Of a stretch of DNA of 42,079 bases, positions 10,023 through 18,017 are shown one piece after another. The notes beneath the pieces are model-generated. The model ran no database searches. It was not told the DNA's origin and worked only from the letters and a program-made list of their open reading frames with translations. The translations under genes and the position numbers were made by a program. Each line of letters starts with the position of its first letter. Within the stretch, counting starts at the first letter, position 1. The stretch comes from Abditibacteriaceae bacterium (GTDB lineage: Bacteria > Armatimonadota > Abditibacteriia > Abditibacteriales > Abditibacteriaceae), in assembly GCA_031425655.1 (NCBI GenBank), contig JANPJS010000093.1:1-42079 (forward strand), in the 5' to 3' direction.

Positions 10023-11753
10023 ATGTTTAAAACCATTTCGTCACACAAACTTCTTTTGCTTTGGGCTTTGAGTTTTCTCGCCTTCGCTGTGCCGTCGCAG
10101 GCGCAAACCGGTGACGCGCGGCTGAATCCCGAAGACGTAATCGCCATCATCGTGCAAAACCACCCGGAAATGAGCATTGACCCGGTGACGGTCGGCGCCA
10201 ATGGCGCCGTTCAAGCGCCGATAATCGGCCAGCTTTACGTTGCCGGCCAGACTCTCAATGAAGTCGCCGCTACCATTACGCAGAAGCTGCGCGTGCAACT
10301 GCGGAATCCGCGCGTCAACGTCATTTTGCGCCAGGCGCGTGCGGAACGCGTTTTCGTGCTGGGCGCGGTGCAAAAGCCGGGCGTTTACGATTTGCCCAAA
10401 GGCGGCGGAGTCGCCGAAGCGCTGGCCATCGCCGGAGGCGGCGCGGCCAACGGCGCTTTAGCCAGAGCGACTATCAAGCGCGCCGACGGCACGGTCGTTC
10501 CAGTTGATCTCATCAAGGCGGCGCGCCTGCCGGAAAACAACCTCGCGCTTCAAGCCGGCGATGTGCTGCTGATTCCCGAAATAACGCCGACACGCATCAC
10601 GATTCGCGGCGCGGTTGGCAAACCGGGCGTTTACGATATTGCCGACGGCGCTTCGATTCCCGTCAGCGAAGCGTTGGCTCTCGCGGGCGGTTCGGCTCCC
10701 AAAGCCGCGCTCAGCCGCGCGCAAGTCACGCGCGCCGATGGCACCACGGTTCCGGTTGACCTTTTCAAAGCGATTTCGCTGGGCCAGCCGGAAGCGAATA
10801 TCCTGCTGCAAAGCGGCGATATTTTAACGTTACCGACTGCCGCCAGCATTACAATCTTGGGCGCTGTGCAAAGGCCGGGCGTTCTCGATGTCGCCGACGG
10901 CGGTATGTCGTTAGCCGAAGCTCTGGGCTTAGCCGGCGGCTTAAATGTGCCGCCAACACAAGCGCGCATCAGCATTTCGCGCACCGGCGCCGATGGCCAA
11001 ACCCAGATTTCCAGCGTTGATCCGGTGAAGCTGCTCAGCCTGCGCGAAGCCGGGCAAAACCTGCGTTTGCAGGAAGGCGATTTGGTCAGCGTGTCCTCGA
11101 AAGAAGTGCAAACAGTGTTTGTCAGCGGCGAAGTCAGAACACCCGGCGCTTACGAAGTGCGCGAGGGCGAGAGCGTGGCCGAACTTATCGTGCGCGCCGG
11201 CGGCCCGACGCCTCTGGCTTCGCTCGCGCGAATTTCTGTTGTCAAGCGCGACGGCACGCCGCAAACCCTGAATCTCGCCGCGCCGCTCATCGAAGGCAGT
11301 GCCAAAGCGCCCCAATTTCCCTTGCAGCAGGGCGATTTCGTTGTCGTGCCGAAAAACAACTCCGTCGTGCTGGTGCTGGGCGCGGTGCAGCAACCCGGAC
11401 GCTATCCGATTCCCGAAACCGGCCCGTTCACTTTAGGCGATGCCCTTGCCGCAGCGGGCGGTGCCAGAGATCGCGCCAAAGTCAAGGAAATCATGCTGCT
11501 TCGCCAAGACGCGAGCATTCCCAGCACACCGGCAGTCACCACAAAAGGCTCGACAAATAAATCTTTCGTGCCGGGACAACCCGGATTGCAGCGCCAAATT
11601 GTCTCGGTGGAAGGCACGCAAAACGGCCAACTGGCGCTGAATCAGCCGCTGCTACCCGGCACTATCGTTTATGTGCCCGAAGGCAAGCCCACCGGCAGCG
11701 GCTGGAGCAACATTCTCAGCTCCATTTCTATCATATCCCGATTGTTTTTTTAA
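10023..11753 (+). CDS. Polysaccharide export protein (Wza/Poly_export domain plus multiple SLBB repeats)
   Basis: Signal peptide, L.PED.I..V..HPE Poly_export N-terminus, and repeated V.V.GAV..PG.Y...AL..AGG units (about 5). GGAGG RBS. Confidence 0.9.
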   Translation: MFKTISSHKLLLLWALSFLAFAVPSQAQTGDARLNPEDVIAIIVQNHPEMSIDPVTVGANGAVQAPIIGQLYVAGQTLNEVAATITQKLRVQLRNPRVNVILRQARAERVFVLGAVQKPGVYDLPKGGGVAEALAIAGGGAANGALARATIKRADGTVVPVDLIKAARLPENNLALQAGDVLLIPEITPTRITIRGAVGKPGVYDIADGASIPVSEALALAGGSAPKAALSRAQVTRADGTTVPVDLFKAISLGQPEANILLQSGDILTLPTAASITILGAVQRPGVLDVADGGMSLAEALGLAGGLNVPPTQARISISRTGADGQTQISSVDPVKLLSLREAGQNLRLQEGDLVSVSSKEVQTVFVSGEVRTPGAYEVREGESVAELIVRAGGPTPLASLARISVVKRDGTPQTLNLAAPLIEGSAKAPQFPLQQGDFVVVPKNNSVVLVLGAVQQPGRYPIPETGPFTLGDALAAAGGARDRAKVKEIMLLRQDASIPSTPAVTTKGSTNKSFVPGQPGLQRQIVSVEGTQNGQLALNQPLLPGTIVYVPEGKPTGSGWSNILSSISIISRLFF

Positions 11754-11781
11754 CCTGATTTGCATTGAGCAATCTCAAAAC

Positions 11782-11814
11782 AAACAACCCGCGCTATTCA
11801 GCGTGGGTTGTTTT
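11782..11814. terminator. Probable bidirectional intrinsic terminator
   Basis: AAACAACCCGCGCT-attc-AGCGTGGGTTGTTTT between convergent genes. Confidence 0.7.
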
Positions 11815-11869
11815 CATTTGGCGAATCTGGAAGGCAATTAACTCGGCTTGCTACCTACGGGAGTGCGAA

Positions 11870-12005
11870 GAGCGACTTCGTCGCTCCCGCCCCCACCACC
11901 TGCCCAGAGGGCGCCCGTCCCCCGGAGGGGGAGGAGCCGCGTTTTCTCAAGGATTTTTGCCCTGAAGAGCGCACTCCTCCCCTCCGGGGGAGGTTGGGTG
12001 GGGGC
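11870..12005. repeat. REP-like palindrome with a 20-nt cassette inserted in its left arm
   Basis: TTCG-loop hairpin at 11870-11886, then arms 11889-11936 and 11974-12005. The left arm has ACCTGCCCAGAGGGCGCCCG (11898-11917) where the right arm predicts CAACC. Confidence 0.85.
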
Positions 12006-12053
12006 AAAATGCGGCTCCATTATCTATCTTCAATAGACAGCAACTTGGATTAA

Positions 12054-12989
12054 TTACGCTCCGCCTTCGCGCAAAAATTCCTTGAGCGCAGCCAGAGCGC
12101 GGCGTTGGGCGCGCGAAACATACATTTGCGATACCTTCAGCTCGCGGGCGATATCGGCCTGGCTACGGCCTTGAAAATAAATCTCCTGCACCACGAGGCG
12201 CTGGCGTTGGGGCAGCATTTCGAGCGCGGCCTGAAGCGGCGCATAGTCGTGCCAACGCTGCAAATCAGGATCAGAAGCGCCAATGCTGTCGGCCAGTGAA
12301 CTGAGAGGGCCGCCTTCCTCCGAGGAACCCTGGTCGTCCAACGAGACCGGCTCAACGGTCTGGATCATTTCTAAAACTTCGATGACATCTTCGACCGGCA
12401 CGTTCAACGCGCTGGCGATTTCAGCGTAAGTCGGCGGGCGGTCGTATTGCTGCGTGAGTTGCTCGACGCGGCGACTGAGAACTTGATGCAATTCCTGCAT
12501 CCGGCGCGGCACGCGCATACCCCAACTTTTATCACGAAAATAACGGCGAATTTCGCCTAAGATCGAAGGCGTGGCGAAGGTCGTAAAACGCACGCCGCGA
12601 CCGGCATCGAAGTGGTCTACGGCGTAAATCAAGCCGATCATGCCCTGCTGCACAATGTCCTCGAACATTTCGCCCCGGTCGAGAAATCGTCGCGCCAATG
12701 ACACCACAAGGTTGCGATACATCAAAATGAGCTGCTCGCGGAGCGCCGGGTCGCCCGTAGCCCGCCAGCGCGCGAAAAGCGCATCGAACTCGGCGTGTGA
12801 GGCCGAAACAACGACGACGGCCTCACTGAATGGCGCTTCAGACGCCTCTACCGCCTCAACTTCAAGCGCCTGCGGCTTCACAATTGGCGAATCTTCGTCG
12901 CTTTCGGGCACTGCCGGAGGCGTGGCGCCGCGCTTACGGGAGGCCGGGGCCGGTTTGCGAAGTGGAATTTGGCGAGGAGAGCGAGTCAC
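12054..12989 (-). CDS. RNA polymerase sigma factor, SigB/SigF/SigG family
   Basis: LV.SLARRF, D..Q.G.IGLI.AVD.FD..RG.RFTTFATP.I.GEIRRYFRD.SW..RVPRR, and a C-terminal SQADIARELKVSQMYVSR helix-turn-helix. Confidence 0.93.
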   Translation of the reverse strand: MTRSPRQIPLRKPAPASRKRGATPPAVPESDEDSPIVKPQALEVEAVEASEAPFSEAVVVVSASHAEFDALFARWRATGDPALREQLILMYRNLVVSLARRFLDRGEMFEDIVQQGMIGLIYAVDHFDAGRGVRFTTFATPSILGEIRRYFRDKSWGMRVPRRMQELHQVLSRRVEQLTQQYDRPPTYAEIASALNVPVEDVIEVLEMIQTVEPVSLDDQGSSEEGGPLSSLADSIGASDPDLQRWHDYAPLQAALEMLPQRQRLVVQEIYFQGRSQADIARELKVSQMYVSRAQRRALAALKEFLREGGA

Positions 12990-13023
12990 AGCAATTTAAT
13001 TTGCGACAAACGACTGCAGAATT

Positions 13024-13584
13024 TCACACGGCGCGCAGGTATTTCACCATGAGCAGCGTGGTGTTGGATTTCATCCCGGTGAGATGCTGAACCTCGTCCA
13101 TCAAGGATTCTATGATGAGCAGACCGAGGCCGCCTTCGGGCAAAGCACCTTCGTCTGAGGCCTCCGTCGTTTTGCGACGCGGCACACCCGACGACGGCAG
13201 GCGCCCTTCGTCTTCGACGCGCATTTCAAGGCGATCCGCTAAGGGCAAAAGCGTGATCGTTACCATCGGCAAGCGACCGCTTTTCGGCGGCGGCGCGTGC
13301 AAAATAGCGTTATTACAAGCCTCGGCAACCGCGAGTTTGATGTCTTCAACGTCTTCGATGGAAAAATTCAAGCCGCTGGCGACACCGGCAGCCGCCAAAC
13401 GCACCACGCGCACATAACGCGGATGCGCGGGAATCTGGATGACGACTTTTTCGTCGCTGCCATCGAATCGCGGCTTCGGTTTGGGCGCGGTAGCACGCGA
13501 AATGGGCAAAGACGCGGCGTGTGTTTTTTGGGTGCGGGAATTCACCATATTGCGGCTCCTTTCGTGGCTTTGAGCCATGCTCAC
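13024..13584 (-). CDS. Anti-sigma factor Ser/Thr kinase (RsbW/SpoIIAB-like)
   Basis: VRL..AG.A...F..E..EDIKLAV.EAC.NA..H, VEDEG, EGGLGL.II..LMDEV (HATPase_c_2 pattern). Confidence 0.92.
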   Translation of the reverse strand: MSMAQSHERSRNMVNSRTQKTHAASLPISRATAPKPKPRFDGSDEKVVIQIPAHPRYVRVVRLAAAGVASGLNFSIEDVEDIKLAVAEACNNAILHAPPPKSGRLPMVTITLLPLADRLEMRVEDEGRLPSSGVPRRKTTEASDEGALPEGGLGLLIIESLMDEVQHLTGMKSNTTLLMVKYLRAV

Positions 13585-13964
13585 GCCGTCGCCTCCGAGG
13601 TTTGTGGTGGCGCATGAAACGAAGATTCCAACGCCGTTAATGCCGCTTCGCGCGTTTCATAAAGCGGCAGTTTCGTCAGCAAGCCGGAGATTTGCAAAAC
13701 GCGATGCACACGCGGCGTCGGAGTGCAAAACGCGATGGCGCCCTGCTTTTCGCGCACACGATTGAAAGCGTTGACGATAATGCCCACGCCCGTTGAATCC
13801 ATGAAATTCACGCCCGATAAATCAATCAACAGACGCGGATTATCGCTTTCGAGAATCGGCGACAGAATAGCGCGCAGTTCCGGCGCGCCGCCTAAATCCA
13901 CGTCGCCGCGCAGCGACATTATCGTTTTATCGTCCACAGTTTCCGATTGAATTTGCAAATTCAT
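13581..13964 (-). CDS. Anti-sigma factor antagonist (STAS, RsbV/SpoIIAA-like)
   Basis: GDVD...AP.LR, IDLSGVNFMDSTGVG with the phosphoacceptor Ser. The ATG at 13964 overlaps the rarA stop (ATGA). Confidence 0.92.
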   Translation of the reverse strand: MNLQIQSETVDDKTIMSLRGDVDLGGAPELRAILSPILESDNPRLLIDLSGVNFMDSTGVGIIVNAFNRVREKQGAIAFCTPTPRVHRVLQISGLLTKLPLYETREAALTALESSFHAPPQTSEATA

Positions 13965-15292
13965 AGTTCCTCCGGCGCATCGCCCATTTCTTCGGTTTCG
14001 CCCCACCACGATTGCAGGCGCCGTGCGATGTGCGCTTCATAGCCTAAATCGGTCGGCTCATAAAACGGCTCGCTTTTAAAATCCGGCGGCAAATAGTCTT
14101 GTCGCGCAAAGTGTCCCGGATGATCGTGCGGATAAACGTAGCCAACGCCTTCGCCCAAACGGTCGCGCGCTCCACGCAGCGATGCCGCCCGTAAGTGCAT
14201 CGGCACTTTAGCCGGCGGCTGGTTTTTCACGGCGTCCTGCGCGCGGTGCAACGCGACGTAACTGGCGTTGCTTTTTGGCGCCGTCGCCACATAAACCGTC
14301 GCCTGCGCGAGAGGAATCGCCGCTTCGGGCAAGCCGATTTTCTCGACGGCATTTAAAGCCGCCATCGCTATTAACAGCGCACGCGGATCGGCGTTGCCCA
14401 CGTCTTCGGACGATTGAATCGCCAATCGCCGCGCGATAAACATCGGGTCTTCGCCGCCATCCAGCATCCTCACCATCCAGTAAAGCGCCGCGTCCGGGTC
14501 GCCGCCGCGCAATGATTTAATATACGCCGAAATGATGTGATAGTGGTTGTCGCCGTTTTTATCATAATCCAAAGCACGGCGCCCGACGGCTTCTTCAGCT
14601 AACACCAGCGTCAACTTCGTGCTTTCCCGCGCCAAATCGGCGGCCATTTCCAAAGCGCCCAACGCCGTCCGCGCGTCGCCAAGCGCCATGCGCGCGATGT
14701 GTTCCAGCGCCGCATCTTCGACTTGCAAATGGAGCGAAGCCAAGCCGCGCTCATCGCTCAGCGCGCTTTTCAACAACGCAATAACATCGTCGTCGCTCAG
14801 CGATTCAAAGCGAAAAAGGCGGCAGCGCGAAAGCAGCGGCGTGTTGAGCGTAGCAAGTGGATTTTCGGTCGTAGCGCCGATGAGCGTGAGCGTTCCGTCT
14901 TCGACGTGCGGCAAAAAGGCGTCTTGCTGGCTGCGATTGAAGCGATGAATTTCGTCCACGAACAAGATCGTGCGCTGTTTTAAGCCTTTGCGCTCTTTGG
15001 AAGCCGCGACGATTTTCCGCACGTCGGCCACGCCACCGGTGATGGCCGAAAAGTTTTCAAAATGCGCCTGTGAAATCGTGGAAATCAGGCGCGCCAGCGT
15101 GGTTTTGCCGGTTCCGGCAGGGCCGAAAAAAATGCCCGAAGGCACGCGGTCGGCCTCGACGCTGCGACGCAGCGGCGCATCTTGTGCCACAAGATGCTTT
15201 TGCCCGGCGAACTCATCGAAGCTGCGAGGCCGCATCCGCGCCGCTAAAGGCAGCGACAAATCGAGAGGCGCGTCGGCGTTGAAAAGTGTCAT
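13961..15292 (-). CDS. rarA: Replication-associated recombination protein A (AAA+ ATPase)
   Basis: PLAARMRP, GPAGTGKTT, LFVDEIHRFNRSQQD, IGATTENP, ISA.IKS.RG.D.DAALYW, SEDVGNADP, APKSNA. Start placed at ATG 15292; the upstream extension is repeat-derived. Confidence 0.95.
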   Translation of the reverse strand: MTLFNADAPLDLSLPLAARMRPRSFDEFAGQKHLVAQDAPLRRSVEADRVPSGIFFGPAGTGKTTLARLISTISQAHFENFSAITGGVADVRKIVAASKERKGLKQRTILFVDEIHRFNRSQQDAFLPHVEDGTLTLIGATTENPLATLNTPLLSRCRLFRFESLSDDDVIALLKSALSDERGLASLHLQVEDAALEHIARMALGDARTALGALEMAADLARESTKLTLVLAEEAVGRRALDYDKNGDNHYHIISAYIKSLRGGDPDAALYWMVRMLDGGEDPMFIARRLAIQSSEDVGNADPRALLIAMAALNAVEKIGLPEAAIPLAQATVYVATAPKSNASYVALHRAQDAVKNQPPAKVPMHLRAASLRGARDRLGEGVGYVYPHDHPGHFARQDYLPPDFKSEPFYEPTDLGYEAHIARRLQSWWGETEEMGDAPEEL

Positions 15293-15305
15293 GGCGGCTG
15301 GATTC

Positions 15306-15460
15306 TCGATGCTGGATGCTTGATGTTCGATGCTCAAGTTTGCCCGAAAAGAGGGGGATGCTAAACCACAAAAACAAAAATAGCGGAAAGCACAATTGGC
15401 TTTCCGCACTTCAGAGGTTTCTAAAATCCAGCATCCAGTATCAAGTTTCCAGCATCAAGA
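15306..15460. repeat. Inverted pair of heptamer tandem arrays (STRR-like)
   Basis: TCGATGC TGGATGC TTGATGT TCGATGC (15306-15333) and the complementary ATCCAGC ATCCAGT ATCAAGT TTCCAGC ATCAAGA (15426-15460). Confidence 0.8.
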
Positions 15461-15463
15461 ATA

Positions 15464-15689
15464 GCGCAGAGCACCGCAACGCCGTGCATCCTCAAGCTTT
15501 CGAACCCGCGTTTAAGCAGGTGGGCGCCGCTTTCCACCCTCGCGTCGCTACCGTTATCCCTCATGCGAGGGAAAAGCCGGTTAAGGCATCGGCAACGAAC
15601 GTCCCGGCAAAAAAGTTGGACTCCCCTAATGGTTAGTGTCGGCTCGAAGCAGTAATCAGACGTCACGAACGCCGCAGAAATCTCTGCGC
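15464..15689 (-). ncRNA. ssrS: 6S RNA (SsrS)
   Basis: The minus strand has a closing stem GCGCAGAG/CTCTGCGC and the segments GCGGCGTTCGTG, GAGCCGACAC..ATTAGGGGAGT and CGGCGCCCACCTG..GCGGGTTCG..CACGGCGTTGCGG, which resemble 6S RNA consensus blocks. A sigma70-like promoter lies upstream and rarA downstream. No covariance model was run. Confidence 0.8.
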
Positions 15690-15697
15690 CAACCGAT

Positions 15698-15727
15698 ATT
15701 TTACCGCGTTTTACGGCGTAGCAGCAA
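15698..15727 (-). promoter_or_regulatory. Putative sigma70 promoter of 6S RNA
   Basis: Minus strand TTGCTG-N18-TAAAAT, ending 8 nt before the predicted 6S 5' stem. Confidence 0.5.
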
Positions 15728-15741
15728 GCAAGGCGCAGGCT

Positions 15742-15918
15742 AATTTAACCCCCTGCCCAGAAACCCCATCCCCGGCCCTTCCCCTTGATACGGCAAAGGG
15801 GAAGGGAGATCGACCGTTTTGGATTTGTGAAAAAGCGATAATTTTCCCAGAGTAGAAGAGTCTGAACTCCCTTCCCCTTTGCCGTATCAAGGGGAAGGGC
15901 CGGGGATGGGGTTAAATT
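15742..15918. repeat. Long REP-like palindrome (47-bp perfect arms)
   Basis: 15762-15808 is the exact reverse complement of 15867-15913. It overlaps the glcE-like stop, and the left arm extension is interrupted by 15 extra nt (15753-15767). Confidence 0.9.
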
Positions 15919-17102
15919 CCGCCGACAAAGCGTCCCGGCGCACACACATTGGCGGCATCGAACGATTGTTTCAGCTTCTGCATCAGCGCGAAATCGCCGC
16001 GCGGCCTGCCCCACACTAAATCCGGCGTTTTCACTTCATGCGGCGCTTTTTCTACGATGAGAAAGCCGCCGAGCTTTTCGGCTTCGGCGCGGAGCGATGC
16101 CACATCGCAAGCTCCAGAAAATCCGATTCGCACTGTTCCCAAAGCGCAGTCCCAAATCAATTCGGCTCCCGCCCGCCACGCCTGCGATGCCCAAAAGGGC
16201 GCGGCTTGCAGCGGCAACTGGGCGCGGACGAACCATGCATAGGACTCCATTGCAAAACCGCAATCGGATTTCGGTTCCGGCAGTTGTGCCAATTGGTTTT
16301 CCACCGACAGCATTTCGCCTTCAAACGAGGCTCGCACAGAGCAACCCTCATCGCTCCTGAAAACGCGCACCAACGTTGGCTCGAAGGCCCCGCTCGTTAT
16401 TGTGCCGGCCAGCCCCACGGCCTCTTCCCAGGAAGCAGCGTCGCACATCCAAAATCCAGTTTGCGCCGGCTCTGGGCGCAAACGCACCGTCACCTGCGTA
16501 ATCAAGCCCAACGTGCCGAACGAGCCAACAAACAATTTATTCAAGTCATAGCCAGCCACGTTTTTCACGACTTTGGCACCGGCTTTGACGAGTCGCCCAT
16601 CGCTGAGAACCGCGCTGAGTCCGGTCACTAAATCACGAGGCGCGCCATATTTCAACTTGGTGCCGTCGCAATCATTGGTGGCAATCACCCCGCCCAAGGT
16701 CGGCGCCGATTCGTCTGACGATTCCCCGCTCAAGGGCACGAGCGGCACGAATTGCCCGCACACACTCATTGCCAAACCCAAATCTTCAATCGTGATTCCC
16801 GCGCCCGCTTGCACCGTCGCGTTGCCTTCGTCGTGATCGAAAATCTGCGTCAGTTTTTCCGTCGAGATGATTAAATCGCAGCGCGACGGCGGCGCGCCAA
16901 TATATAATTTGGTGCCGCCGCCGCGCGGCACGAACGCGATATTTTCGCGCCCGCACCACGCCACCAATGCCTGCGCCGCTTCTTCGTCGCGCGGCGCGGC
17001 GACGGCCTGCGGCACCGCGCCGTCCACCGCATCGCTTTCGGCAGTTCGCGTCAGGAAAACGGCATCGCCAAATTCAGATTCAAGCTGCGAAAAAATATCC
17101 AT
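15912..17102 (-). CDS. FAD-binding oxidoreductase, glycolate oxidase GlcE-like subunit
   Basis: PRGGGTK, TLGG.IA.N, YGAPRDLV.G, GAKVVKNVAGYDL.KL..GS.GTLG.I, and C-terminal K..FD....APGRF. Confidence 0.85.
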   Translation of the reverse strand: MDIFSQLESEFGDAVFLTRTAESDAVDGAVPQAVAAPRDEEAAQALVAWCGRENIAFVPRGGGTKLYIGAPPSRCDLIISTEKLTQIFDHDEGNATVQAGAGITIEDLGLAMSVCGQFVPLVPLSGESSDESAPTLGGVIATNDCDGTKLKYGAPRDLVTGLSAVLSDGRLVKAGAKVVKNVAGYDLNKLFVGSFGTLGLITQVTVRLRPEPAQTGFWMCDAASWEEAVGLAGTITSGAFEPTLVRVFRSDEGCSVRASFEGEMLSVENQLAQLPEPKSDCGFAMESYAWFVRAQLPLQAAPFWASQAWRAGAELIWDCALGTVRIGFSGACDVASLRAEAEKLGGFLIVEKAPHEVKTPDLVWGRPRGDFALMQKLKQSFDAANVCAPGRFVGGI

Positions 17103-17110
17103 AATTTTTA

Positions 17111-17177
17111 ACCGCAGAGAACGCAGAGGACGCGGAGGTAAAAGAAAAATCTCTGCGTCCTCTGCGTTCTCTGCGGT
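17111..17177. repeat. Nonamer-based palindromic repeat (CGCAGAGRA units)
   Basis: ACCGCAGAGAACGCAGAGGACGCGGAG (17111-17137) / CTCTGCGTCCTCTGCGTTCTCTGCGGT (17151-17177): 27-bp arms with one mismatch. Confidence 0.88.
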
Positions 17178-17181
17178 GAAA

Positions 17182-17934
17182 TTATTTCCCTAAAGCCCGC
17201 AGTTTTTGCAGGCATTTGTCAATGCATTCCAACGGCGAAAAAGCATAGTTTTCCTGCTCGACGATATACCATTGGGTGCCGCCGCTGTTTTCGCACAAAT
17301 CGAAAATCTGGTTCCAGCGCACGTCACCTTCGCCGATAAGAGCTTTGTCGTTGCCTGCTGCGTATTCCTTCAAATGCACCGTCAAAGCGCGGCCCGGATA
17401 GCGTTCGAGAAACGGCACGATGTCGGCGCCGCCTTGCAGGGCGTTACCCGAATCGAGCTGCATGACCACATCTTTGTCGGTATTGCCGAAGAAGGTATCC
17501 CACGGCATTTCGCCGTCTAACGGCGTGAATTCGGTGTGGTGGTTATGGTAGCCGACGTAGCTGCCCTGTTCGCGCACTTTGGCCGAGATTTCGTTAAAAA
17601 TCTTCGCGGTTTCCAGCCACGCCGCACGCGAATTGGTGCGCTCACCGGGCAAGCCGGGCACAATCAGAAACGGGTTGTTCAGCGTCTTGTTGAAATCAAT
17701 CGTCTTTTGCAATTCGTCGCCGAGCAGCGTTTGCAGGCCGGTATGCGTGCCGCAGCATTGAAGGCCGTTATCGTCGAGCAGCTTTTTGAGTTCGTCGGCG
17801 CCGTAGCCGTAATAGCCGGCGAATTCGACGCCGTCGTAACCCATTTTGCCGATGGCTTCGAGCACGCCCGGCAAGTCGTTTTGCGCGTCCTGGCGCACCG
17901 AGTAAAGCTGCACGCCGATGGGAAGTTGTGCCAT
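17182..17934 (-). CDS. Sugar phosphate isomerase/epimerase (xylose isomerase-like TIM barrel)
   Basis: GVQLYSVR, GYDGVEFAG, YHNH..EF, LD, HLKE, G.G.V.W, IVEQE. AGGAG RBS. Confidence 0.9.
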   Translation of the reverse strand: MAQLPIGVQLYSVRQDAQNDLPGVLEAIGKMGYDGVEFAGYYGYGADELKKLLDDNGLQCCGTHTGLQTLLGDELQKTIDFNKTLNNPFLIVPGLPGERTNSRAAWLETAKIFNEISAKVREQGSYVGYHNHHTEFTPLDGEMPWDTFFGNTDKDVVMQLDSGNALQGGADIVPFLERYPGRALTVHLKEYAAGNDKALIGEGDVRWNQIFDLCENSGGTQWYIVEQENYAFSPLECIDKCLQKLRALGK

Positions 17935-18017
17935 GAAATTTTCTCCTAAAATTGGAACGTCCCCGCTTGTTTACAAAAACCGGCGCGCAAGCACATTCTT
18001 TTTTTCAGGAGAATTTG

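Noticed and set aside
11765..12053. Short ORFs of 60-81 aa (e.g. ...APTTCPEGARPP...)
   Set aside because: They are translations of a terminator and a palindromic repeat, with no RBS or family motifs.
15286..15666. ORFs of 116 aa (+) and 81 aa (-), and the 39-aa N-terminal extension of rarA
   Set aside because: They overlap heptamer arrays and the 6S RNA candidate. The SIQHRESS/IQYQVSSI-type peptides are repeat-derived.
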